From: Bdellovibrionota bacterium
Lineage (GTDB): Bacteria > Bdellovibrionota_C > UBA2361 > OMIW01
NCBI GenBank assembly: GCA_044345055.1
Contig: JBIJBT010000045.1
Span: 1-22,586, forward strand
Direction of reading: 5' to 3'
DNA length: 22,586 bases
Below the pieces are notes generated by a model. The model was not told where the DNA came from. It saw only the letters and a program-made list of their open reading frames with translations, and did no database searches. The first letter of the stretch is position 1. Each line of letters opens with the position of its first letter. The position numbers were made by a program, and so were the translations under genes. This document shows, piece by piece, positions 1 to 7,989 of this stretch.

Positions 1-381
1 AGCCCCACTTCCCTGCATCGACGACCCACCACCTTGGTGATTAGTTCGACCAGCCTGACCAAAACCTCCCTGAAATCCGCCCGAGCGCATCCCACAAAAC
101 TTATTTAGCGAAATCTGCGGCTTCTTCTCTTCCTTCTTTGAACCATTCAGAAGCTCTTCATACGTGGCATTCGACTGTTCAATACGTTTGCGCTGCTGTT
201 CCTCACGCTCCTTTTTTTTATCCAATTCCAGCTTCTTTTTTTCCTTGGCCTTAGCAAGATCGTCCGACAAACGCTTTTTGTCATCAGCAAGCCGCTTCTC
301 TCGTTGCTGTCTATCTGCTTCGACTCGCTTCCGGTGCTCTTCATTTTTTTTCTGAGCTTCCTCCCAACTATCCCAACCCAT
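1..381 (-). CDS. Hypothetical protein, 3'-truncated by the window edge; Lys/Glu/Arg-rich coiled-coil N-terminus followed by Gly/Ser/Gln-rich segment
   Basis: Manual translation: GAGGAGG RBS, ATG at 381, MGWDSWEEAQKKNEEHRKRVEADRQQREKRLADDKKRLSDDLAKAKEKKKLELDKKKEREEQQRKRIEQ...GGFQGGFGQAGRTNHQGGGSSMQGSGA. Open for 127 codons to position 1. Absent from the ORF track because its stop lies outside the window. Confidence 0.75.
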   Translation of the reverse strand, partial: MGWDSWEEAQKKNEEHRKRVEADRQQREKRLADDKKRLSDDLAKAKEKKKLELDKKKEREEQQRKRIEQSNATYEELLNGSKKEEKKPQISLNKFCGMRSGGFQGGFGQAGRTNHQGGGSSMQGSGA

Positions 382-463
382 CGCTCCCTCCTCGATATCG
401 GATCCGCAATATCAACTTTGCCCCGTAAAATTTTACACTTCATCAAGCACGTTTATCCTAGCC

Positions 464-1699
464 TCAATCATAAACGTCCTCTTCCTTCTTTAATTTTTTT
501 AGAAGTGATGAAGGTATCACCCGGGTAATCGAATAGGTGTTGGCTTCAGATGTTGCACCATCTTCCACTCCCTGCGGATTACCCACTCGTGAATTAGTCA
601 TGAGCCATCGCGAGAATACGACCATACCGATTAGCACAGAAACGGCAACATAAAGAGCAATTATCTTTCGCCCCCCTCTTACTGCTCGGGACTCCTGGGT
701 CGATATCTCAGTTATCTCAGATTTGTCCTCTCCTCTTGCACCTAATCTGCTCGACTGATGGATTCGTTTCCCACGAATCGCTCGGGAGCTCACTGAACGA
801 ATTGCCCTATTAAACTCAACCGCGGAGCGGAATCGCTCCTGCAAACGAGGAGATAGCGCTCGCTGAATAACCTCTGCAAGCTCATCGGATATCTCATTCT
901 CAGATTCGCGGGGATCGGGAGCTCCTCCATTTACCTTTGCTTCTATCGCCTCGTAAACCCCAAGCCCTCCGAACGGTGCTGCACCGGTAACCAATTCATA
1001 AGCCACAACTCCAAGTGCATATACGTCACCCTGAGCACTCACTACCCCCTTTTCAAGATATTCTGGACTAAGGTACTGAATAGTACCCACCAGTGCCCGG
1101 TTAGCAGTCAGTCGGGATCCAAGTCCACAATACGCAACCCCAAAATCAGATATTTTCGGATGCAGCTGAGGGGTGAGTAGAATATTTTCTGGCTTTAAGT
1201 CCCGATGCACCACCCCCGCCTCATGGATCGCCTCTAATCCTCTCGACAAGTGGTCAATAAATCCCACAATCCTCCATTCTTCAAGCGGCCAATTATCCGC
1301 AACATACGAAGCGAGATTACCTCCAGGGACATAATCCATCGAGTATCCGATGAGCCCCTCGTGATTTATGAACTGAAAAGCACTTACTACATTAGGGTGC
1401 GCCACCCGAAATATGGCCTCAACCTCCCGATGAAACCGACCATACAGCGGATTTCTCTCCCCCTCCTTGACAATCGACCGAGAGAGTAACTTAACCGCCA
1501 CCAGCGGCAGCTTTGCCCCACCCCCATCCTCAAGCACCTCACAGAGGAACACCCCCCCCATCCTGCCCAACCCCAGACAACGAACCACCCGATACAACCC
1601 CCCCACAATACTCCCGGGGGTCACCAAACTCGCCTCGGAACCACCATCCGGCTCACCAGATGGATTTAATAAAGTATTTTCAGGAGTTACAGCTTTCAC
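464..1699 (-). CDS. Hanks-type Ser/Thr protein kinase with C-terminal transmembrane helix
   Basis: LGLGRMGGV (Gly-rich loop), VAVK, RFHRE (alphaC Glu), HRDLKPEN, KISDFG, GTIQYLSPE, DVYALG; hydrophobic IIALYVAVSVLIGMVVF near the C-terminus. Exact start uncertain. Confidence 0.95.
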   Translation of the reverse strand: MKAVTPENTLLNPSGEPDGGSEASLVTPGSIVGGLYRVVRCLGLGRMGGVFLCEVLEDGGGAKLPLVAVKLLSRSIVKEGERNPLYGRFHREVEAIFRVAHPNVVSAFQFINHEGLIGYSMDYVPGGNLASYVADNWPLEEWRIVGFIDHLSRGLEAIHEAGVVHRDLKPENILLTPQLHPKISDFGVAYCGLGSRLTANRALVGTIQYLSPEYLEKGVVSAQGDVYALGVVAYELVTGAAPFGGLGVYEAIEAKVNGGAPDPRESENEISDELAEVIQRALSPRLQERFRSAVEFNRAIRSVSSRAIRGKRIHQSSRLGARGEDKSEITEISTQESRAVRGGRKIIALYVAVSVLIGMVVFSRWLMTNSRVGNPQGVEDGATSEANTYSITRVIPSSLLKKLKKEEDVYD

Positions 1700-2313
1700 G
1701 ATAGGCCATTAGAAAAATTCGGGTCATTCATCTTAGTTATTGTACCAATCAAGCAAAAAGTCGCACCGTGGGTAGGGCTGAATTGCCTCAAATTAAATGA
1801 CTTTGAAGAGTTGGTGCTTGCAAAATGATAGAAGATGGTTTTTTCAGCAGCTTTGCTCGTTTCAGAGAGCCTATATCAGTCCCAGAAAAGAAGACACGAG
1901 CGTCGGGTTAAGGAAACTCCAGACGAATAGTTGGTGGGCTACTCAGTCCTATCGACGATACAGCCAACGCTCACATATCAGGCGCACCCTTGAAGCGAAT
2001 ATGCCAAGGCTCAAACTGATAATTGCCTTAATTTTTTTGGTCACAGCGAGAACTAGGATACTTCAAACCCGAATCGATCAGCGTTCTTCATGAGCCATAG
2101 CCCTTCCTCAAAACCTCTTGAGCTCATAGGCATAACGAGGGCGAAACGGGCGAATTGGTAGTGCCACAAAACAGCTAAAATCACCCTCAAACAAAACTCT
2201 TCTCACCAAACCACTCAGAATCTATCTAAATCTACAAAAATCACCCCCCAAAGCCGAAAGATTACCCCGAAATCATCAAATCTAAATAACAAAATATATT
2301 TTTTTGCTGGTTC

Positions 2314-2342
2314 TTAGCAACATTTGCCCTAACTCTTACGAT
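2314..2342 (+). promoter_or_regulatory. Candidate sigma70-type promoter for the tad operon
   Basis: TTAGCA (2314-2319), 17 bp spacer, TACGAT (2337-2342), about 110 bp upstream of cpaE and preceded by an AT-rich tract. Only a partial match to consensus. Confidence 0.3.
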
Positions 2343-2450
2343 ACCCTGTTGTCGCTCAAAAGTTCTCGGAAGCTTCCACCGGTCACCGACTTCGGAGGCT
2401 CTGTCTTCCGATGACTAAATCTTCTCCCTTTTTCTCCCTGAGTACCCACC

Positions 2451-3830
2451 ATGCTTCATATCGCCGCCATAGAGTTACACGCGACCGGCCGTCATGAGCT
2501 GGTGCGGAGGCTCAATGCGCTCGTTGAAACGGCGAGTTCGACTCCTCATCTGATTCCGCCGATATCGATTCGGCCTGTGGCGCCGGAGGAGGCGGCGTTT
2601 GTGCATGCGCCGGAGGTGGTTATTGTGGGGCCACTTATCTGCGAGGAATCACCCGATTCTCTGCGGCGGTTTCGCTCGCTCTTTCCTGATGCCCACATCA
2701 TCGGGATGATAAACGAAACGGCTGACCAGCTCGGCCGCGCGGAGGCGTTGGCGAGTCGGGGGGTTAATGAGCTGATGAATGTGCTCATCTCGAGCGTTCA
2801 GTTCATGCAGCGGATCATCGTGCTGAATCGTTCACTTGCAACCTCGCGTCGGGGGAAGTTAATCCTTGTTGATGGCGCGAAGGGTGGAGTTGGTGCGAGC
2901 TCGGTTGCGGCTGGGTTAGGTGAAATACTCGCACTACGAGGGCAATCAACAGTACTAGTCGACCTAGACAACGAGACTCAGGACCTCTCTCGTTTTCTCG
3001 GAGCTCGTCCGTTTCTCAATGACACTCTGCAGCTCATCCTCAATCAGCAAAGTCCTCTTACAGAAGAAAATATGACGCAGGCACTCGTCCAGGTCGGGGA
3101 TGATGCAGCTCCCTTCTGGATAGCGCCGCCAGCGATGACCCCATATGCAACGATCTCACCCGCAAATCCAACCGGCAAATCGCTCCTTGCATTCCTGCAG
3201 ATGATTGATACGGAACACGACTACACAGTTATTGATATGGCTCACGCGGGGCCAGAGCTTCGAATGTCTCTCATAAGAGGAGCAGATACGGTCATTATCG
3301 TGACAAATGGAGTTCCCTCAACGCTGCACAGCGCGGCCCATAAGACCATGGCGATAAAGTCGATTCATGGAGATCTTTCTCGAGTACGTTTACTTGAAAA
3401 CGGCGCTCCGCATTCACTTCCATCAACGATACTTCGATCCGAGTTAGCCAAAATGACAGGCGCTGGCCCTGAACAGTGGTTCCGATCGGCGATTCCACAT
3501 TCAAGAGCAGTGGCATATTGGCCCGGGAGCCTCTCAACTCCTGCATCTATTGGCTGCAAGAAGACAAGAAAAACTTTTGAAGCGGTTGGATCTCATCTCA
3601 TCGAGGGGAACGCGCTGGGTGCCACAGCAGTAACTGCAGAAGGCACTCACCAACCGACCAATCGACTCGGAGAAATCCTTGCGATGACGAGGCGAGCTCT
3701 AACCGCGAATCGCGATGCTTTAGCGGTTCCCGCTCTCACCTATACGCCATCAGCTGATTCAAGACCAATTTCACCCCCTCCATCGGGCAACCCACAAACA
3801 CGAACACAGCCAGCTTTTAAACCATCGTAA
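2451..3830 (+). CDS. cpaE: CpaE/TadZ-family pilus localisation protein (receiver-like N-terminus + MinD/ParA-type ATPase)
   Basis: Deviant Walker A GAKGGVGAS, VLVDLD and YTVID motifs of the MinD/ParA family; N-terminal REC-like segment; first gene of a tad cluster. Confidence 0.8.
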   Translation: MLHIAAIELHATGRHELVRRLNALVETASSTPHLIPPISIRPVAPEEAAFVHAPEVVIVGPLICEESPDSLRRFRSLFPDAHIIGMINETADQLGRAEALASRGVNELMNVLISSVQFMQRIIVLNRSLATSRRGKLILVDGAKGGVGASSVAAGLGEILALRGQSTVLVDLDNETQDLSRFLGARPFLNDTLQLILNQQSPLTEENMTQALVQVGDDAAPFWIAPPAMTPYATISPANPTGKSLLAFLQMIDTEHDYTVIDMAHAGPELRMSLIRGADTVIIVTNGVPSTLHSAAHKTMAIKSIHGDLSRVRLLENGAPHSLPSTILRSELAKMTGAGPEQWFRSAIPHSRAVAYWPGSLSTPASIGCKKTRKTFEAVGSHLIEGNALGATAVTAEGTHQPTNRLGEILAMTRRALTANRDALAVPALTYTPSADSRPISPPPSGNPQTRTQPAFKPS

Positions 3831-3863
3831 AAAACAACAAACAACCAAAAAAAGGAGGAATAA

Positions 3864-4082
3864 ATGGAAACTTTTTCCAACAGTGAACGATTATTGATTA
3901 AGCGTAAACGGAAAAATTCGGGATATACCCTGCTCGAGTACGCCGCAGGCGCTGCGCTCCTTATGGGTGTGCTGTATGTGGGACTTCGAGCACTTGGAGG
4001 AAGTCTTGAGGGGCTTCTTACGAGCATCTCGGCGTTTGCTGACCGCCGGAAAGCTGAGCTTGATACGAAAGCACCTGGCTAA
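3864..4082 (+). CDS. flp: Flp family (type IVc/Tad) major pilin
   Basis: 72 aa; basic leader KRKRKNSG|YTLLEY (Flp G|xxxxEY motif) followed by a hydrophobic helix; strong AAGGAGG RBS in an A-rich leader. Confidence 0.9.
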   Translation: METFSNSERLLIKRKRKNSGYTLLEYAAGAALLMGVLYVGLRALGGSLEGLLTSISAFADRRKAELDTKAPG

Positions 4083-4238
4083 TTCTGAAGCCGTCCGCAG
4101 AGCCGTTCTGATGATATGTTCTGAGCCTTCCGGATTATTTAAAACCGGAACGGCGCGGATGAAAAAAATCGCGAAACGGCACGGATAAAAAAGGACAAAT
4201 TCGCCAAAGAAAACCCTCAATAACCTGCTCGAAACCAT

Positions 4239-5126
4239 ATGGCAAAACGAATCTCTCAACATCGAGTAACGGCACGGCGCGGGCGTCGCATCGCGATGGT
4301 GGCGATCTTTGTTCTTGGTTCGATCGTGGGGTTGACTCCGCTATTTGTTCAACGAACGATCGAAGCATCAGCTCCTCCTCCACCAACTATTACAGTTGCT
4401 CAATACGACACGGTTGAAGTTCCCGTGCCGATAAAGCCGGTCGAAGCAGGTACGTCGGTCGGAAAGATATCATTCCAAACTGTGAGGTATCCGCGCCATC
4501 AGGTTCCCGAGCGTGTAGTGACCGACGTTACCACCCTCGCTGGGGCAGTAACTATTGCGCCTCTCCCGGCAAATCTCCCCCTTTTTCGCGAAAATTTCTC
4601 TTTCACCGATCCAAATAGCAATCCGGTGGAAAAACAGATCCCGCCTGCGATGCGAGCGATGACCCTTCGGGTTGATGCAACGAGCGCTGTTGAGGGATGG
4701 GCCGGATCGGGAGCAATGGTTGATGTTCTGCTCGTTACTCCGAACCAGACATCGGTTATTGCAGAACGTGTCAAGGTGCTCTCAGCTGAGCGCTCGACCG
4801 CACCGGTGGGAGCGAGCGATGCACCGATGGTACCGAGCACAGTGACGATTTTAGTAACGCAAGAGCAGTGCCTTGCGATAAATATGGCGATTCCGCTCGG
4901 AAAAATTGCGTTCGCGTTGAGAAACGGAGATGACATCGAGCCATGGACTGATCCGATGTTGGCGGCAGAGAAACTAAAACGCGCACCAAAAGTTGCGGCC
5001 GATGGAGGAAAAATAACTGGCTTTATCTCGGTTAAGGGCGATACGAAGCAATTTGCGTTACGCGATGGTGTCTGGGTCAAGGCGGATACTCTCTCTCCTA
5101 AATTTTCGGTTAGCCGGGGAGAGTGA
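4239..5126 (+). CDS. cpaB: Flp pilus assembly protein CpaB/RcpC
   Basis: N-terminal TM helix, SAF-like region, IPPAMRAMTLRVD...VEGW...G.MVDVL and VTILVT...IAFALRN signatures; position directly after flp. Confidence 0.9.
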   Translation: MAKRISQHRVTARRGRRIAMVAIFVLGSIVGLTPLFVQRTIEASAPPPPTITVAQYDTVEVPVPIKPVEAGTSVGKISFQTVRYPRHQVPERVVTDVTTLAGAVTIAPLPANLPLFRENFSFTDPNSNPVEKQIPPAMRAMTLRVDATSAVEGWAGSGAMVDVLLVTPNQTSVIAERVKVLSAERSTAPVGASDAPMVPSTVTILVTQEQCLAINMAIPLGKIAFALRNGDDIEPWTDPMLAAEKLKRAPKVAADGGKITGFISVKGDTKQFALRDGVWVKADTLSPKFSVSRGE

Positions 5127-5129
5127 AGA

Positions 5130-6470
5130 ATGAATCGCTTTGACTTACCACTTAACACTCCTGCTTTACCACAATCTTCCTCTGTAGCAACGGGGAGCAA
5201 ATCGGGTCTTTATCCGGCGTTGATGACGATTCTTGAGCAATTCCGGGCGAAGCTGCACGGTCTCTCATTTGAGGAGATGCATCCACGAGAGCGGGAGCGA
5301 CTTCTTCGTTCAATCGGGGAATCGTTTGGATTCGAGCTCACCCCTGCTGAGGCAACCGAGCTGCTCTCTATCGTCGAACAGGAGTATCGCCCCTTTGGGG
5401 TTCTTCAATCACTAATCGATGAGCCGAGTATCTCGGATATAATCGTCCACGATTACGCGAAGGTGGCAATTCAGATAGGAAGAAAAAACTTCCCTACCGA
5501 TATTCGGTTTCCATCACAGACAAGTTACGAGGCTTTTGTCGAAAAACTGCTTATTAAAGCGGGCACGACTTATTCAACTAAGCAGCCGATAGCTGACGGA
5601 ATGATCGGCGGTTTGGTTCGGATTCACGCAGTTCATCGCTCCCTCTGTGCAGGTGGTCCTTACTTGACGATTCGGGTGAATCGGTTTGATACAATCTCGC
5701 TCTCGATGCTCGCAGATGCTGAGCTCGCACCGTCACCGATAATCGAATACTTCAAGATTTTTGGGCAACAGGGACGCACGATTCTACTCGTCGGAGAGGT
5801 GGGTACCGGAAAAACTACTCTCGCGCGAGCGATCGCTGGATCTATTCCCGCCCACGATTCGGTCCTTGTTATCGAGGATACTCCCGAAATTCGAATAGAG
5901 CATCCGCACGTTCGCTACCTCTCAACCCGAGAAGAAAATGCTGAGGGAGTGGGAAAGATCGCACCTAGCGCGTGTATTCGAGCTGGAATGCGCATGGCGA
6001 TGAATAGAATAATTCTCGGTGAGATAAGAGACGCTGAGGCTGCTGAGTCGTTCATCGATGTATGCGCATCGGGACACCCTGGCCTCTCAACGGTTCATGG
6101 ACGGAGCGCACAGGAGGGGATTGCGCGGTTAGAGCTATTTTTGGGGCGTGCTCAACCAGGGGTTTCTCGTCACACAATTCATGAGCAGATTGCAGGCGCA
6201 GTACATTCAGTGGTGCATCTTGGAGTTTGTCCGATTTCAGGTAGACGGCGGGTCTTCGAAGTTCGTGAGCTAGGAGCAGCAGCGGATGGTGCGATACGTC
6301 ATCGGACGATTTTTCAGTACAAGCCTGGACAGGTTGGGGAGTGGAAAGTTGCCAATAAGGTCAGCTATCACCGAGACATTCTCGAGCCTGAGCTTGTCCT
6401 TAGTTCGCTGCCCGATACACTTCAACTTTCTCGAACCAAGTCCTCTGATGGTGAACGGAGGGTCGCATGA
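5130..6470 (+). CDS. cpaF: Tad pilus assembly ATPase CpaF/TadA
   Basis: Walker A GEVGTGKTT, Asp box VIEDTPE, Walker B IILGEIR, His box SGHPGLSTVH, N-terminal FGVLQSLIDEPSISDI. Confidence 0.93.
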   Translation: MNRFDLPLNTPALPQSSSVATGSKSGLYPALMTILEQFRAKLHGLSFEEMHPRERERLLRSIGESFGFELTPAEATELLSIVEQEYRPFGVLQSLIDEPSISDIIVHDYAKVAIQIGRKNFPTDIRFPSQTSYEAFVEKLLIKAGTTYSTKQPIADGMIGGLVRIHAVHRSLCAGGPYLTIRVNRFDTISLSMLADAELAPSPIIEYFKIFGQQGRTILLVGEVGTGKTTLARAIAGSIPAHDSVLVIEDTPEIRIEHPHVRYLSTREENAEGVGKIAPSACIRAGMRMAMNRIILGEIRDAEAAESFIDVCASGHPGLSTVHGRSAQEGIARLELFLGRAQPGVSRHTIHEQIAGAVHSVVHLGVCPISGRRRVFEVRELGAAADGAIRHRTIFQYKPGQVGEWKVANKVSYHRDILEPELVLSSLPDTLQLSRTKSSDGERRVA

Positions 6471-7141
6471 TTCGCTCGATGTTGTATCGTCACGCCCTCG
6501 CTTCACTTCGACAGTTGATGCCCGCTTCGGAAAACGAGTCTCAAGCTGATTCTGAGCAATCCTCAATCACTCACCAGCGGGGCAGTCGGCGTGAGGCGCT
6601 TCTTTTTGAGCGAGACTACCCTACCTTTTTGCTCTCCCTTGCCTCATCGGTTCGTGCGGGCCTTGATCCTCTCGCCGCAATACTGACAACCCGAGATATT
6701 TTCCCTCAATCGAGTCCAATTAACCAAGAGATTGCCCGAACCGAGGCTCTAATTCGTGAGGGTGAGCCAGAGCTTGATGCGCTCGAGCGATTTGCCGAGA
6801 TGATAGCACACCCAGATTTACCTCTTTTTCGCTCAACTCTCACTATCGCCATACGAGAAGGTGGTCCTATCGGCCCATCGCTTGAACGGCTCGCGCGAGT
6901 AACCCGAAGAAGACAGGCTTTTCGGCAACGAGCACGAGGGGCAGTAGCGATGCAACGGCTCTCAGCTTTCGGAATAGTTGGATCAGCGATCAGCATCCTT
7001 GCGTTTCAGCTTGTAACTGCGCGTCAACAGATACTTCAGGCAGTTACTCACCCAATCGGCTCTATAGCATACGGACTTGGAGGGACGCTGCTCTTTTTCG
7101 GAATCTCATGGCTTCTACTCTTAACGCGGAGTCGAGTATGA
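6467..7141 (+). CDS. tadB: TadB-like inner-membrane platform protein (T2SSF domain)
   Basis: YPTFLLSLASSVRAGL and REGGPIGPSLERLA T2SSF signatures; two C-terminal TM helices; ATGA overlap with tadA. Confidence 0.85.
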   Translation: MIRSMLYRHALASLRQLMPASENESQADSEQSSITHQRGSRREALLFERDYPTFLLSLASSVRAGLDPLAAILTTRDIFPQSSPINQEIARTEALIREGEPELDALERFAEMIAHPDLPLFRSTLTIAIREGGPIGPSLERLARVTRRRQAFRQRARGAVAMQRLSAFGIVGSAISILAFQLVTARQQILQAVTHPIGSIAYGLGGTLLFFGISWLLLLTRSRV

Positions 7142-7989
7142 GCGGTGTTCTTCTACTTGGAGCATTCTGCGCCGCTGTCCTCGTGGCTCTGCCATACCTT
7201 CTTCGGCGATTTGCGATAGCTTCAAGCCTTAGCCTCGTTGAGACGATATCCGCAATCGATAAGATCGAAACAGAGTCTGAGACTATGGAGACAGGAGACG
7301 CCTCTGAATCTTCAAAGAAATCCGCTCAGCGACTCCCGATGATTGGCGCAGTGAGCGGAATCGTAATTGGATCTATTTGTGGAGTTATATCACCCGATCT
7401 AGCTGTCGGGGCGATAGTGATTGGCTTATCGCTTGGCTATATAGTTGGAAGGGTGCTTTTAAATCGTGCACTTCCAGATGAGCAGAAAGCGATCCTTTTT
7501 CACCTCCCGATGAATCTTGAAAAGCTTCTCATAGCGATTCAGTCGGGGCTCGATGTGGTTCCTGCACTCCGAATATCGTGCGCTGATACCGGACCGATAA
7601 ACCCCGCATCTCGAGCTTTTCGTACCGTTGTCCAACTTATTGAGCAGGGCGCAACGGTTGAAGGGGCCCTCGAGCAGGTTGCAGCCAGTGTCCAAAGCGT
7701 TCCGCTGAAGCACGTACTGCTGCATCTCAAAGTTGCCCACAACAGGGGAGGAGATCTCACATTTCCACTTCGCGAGCTCGCCGATGCAACTCAGGTAACT
7801 TATGAGCAAGCAGTAGATGAGGAAATAGCAGTTTTGCCAATAAAAGCGACTGCTCCGCTACTCTGCACATTTCTCGGCCTTCTTATAGTTTTTCTTACCG
7901 GCCCTATCATGGGTGTTATCCAGGCATCATCTTCTGGATCTCAGGAAATGACCACATCGAAATTCCATTCTTCAAATCGAGGTGAGTGA
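7138..7989 (+). CDS. tadC: TadC-like inner-membrane platform protein (T2SSF domain)
   Basis: TM helices, LPMNLEKLLIAIQSGL, GGDLTFPLRELA, K(A)TAPL...FL..LIV..GP. Start moved from 7108 to ATG 7138, which overlaps the tadB stop (ATGA). Confidence 0.85.
   Translation: MSGVLLLGAFCAAVLVALPYLLRRFAIASSLSLVETISAIDKIETESETMETGDASESSKKSAQRLPMIGAVSGIVIGSICGVISPDLAVGAIVIGLSLGYIVGRVLLNRALPDEQKAILFHLPMNLEKLLIAIQSGLDVVPALRISCADTGPINPASRAFRTVVQLIEQGATVEGALEQVAASVQSVPLKHVLLHLKVAHNRGGDLTFPLRELADATQVTYEQAVDEEIAVLPIKATAPLLCTFLGLLIVFLTGPIMGVIQASSSGSQEMTTSKFHSSNRGE

Noticed and set aside
147..446. 99-aa minus-strand ORF from the track
   Set aside because: Out-of-frame shadow of the better-supported ORF starting at 381, which has a strong RBS and is open to the edge.
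1510..1620. C-runs (G-runs on the coding strand) as possible phase-variation or G-quadruplex signal
   Set aside because: They encode Gly-rich kinase sequence in an intact frame; runs are 8 nt or shorter and nothing else supports a role.
1797..2093. 98-aa ORF in the kinase-tad intergenic region
   Set aside because: No clear RBS, no recognisable motif (not a pilin or peptidase); probably spurious.
2150..2166. TGGCAC on the minus strand as a sigma54 promoter
   Set aside because: The -12 TTGC/GC element is not at the required GG-N10-GC spacing.
1700..2450. Possible c-di-GMP riboswitch or ncRNA upstream of the pilus operon
   Set aside because: No GEMM consensus recognised by eye; only short hairpins near 2366-2411. 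An Rfam search would be needed to exclude it.
4499..5200. 233-aa antisense ORF and other short antisense ORFs within tad, metG, HAD and GT genes
   Set aside because: They overlap well-supported genes on the opposite strand and have no motifs.
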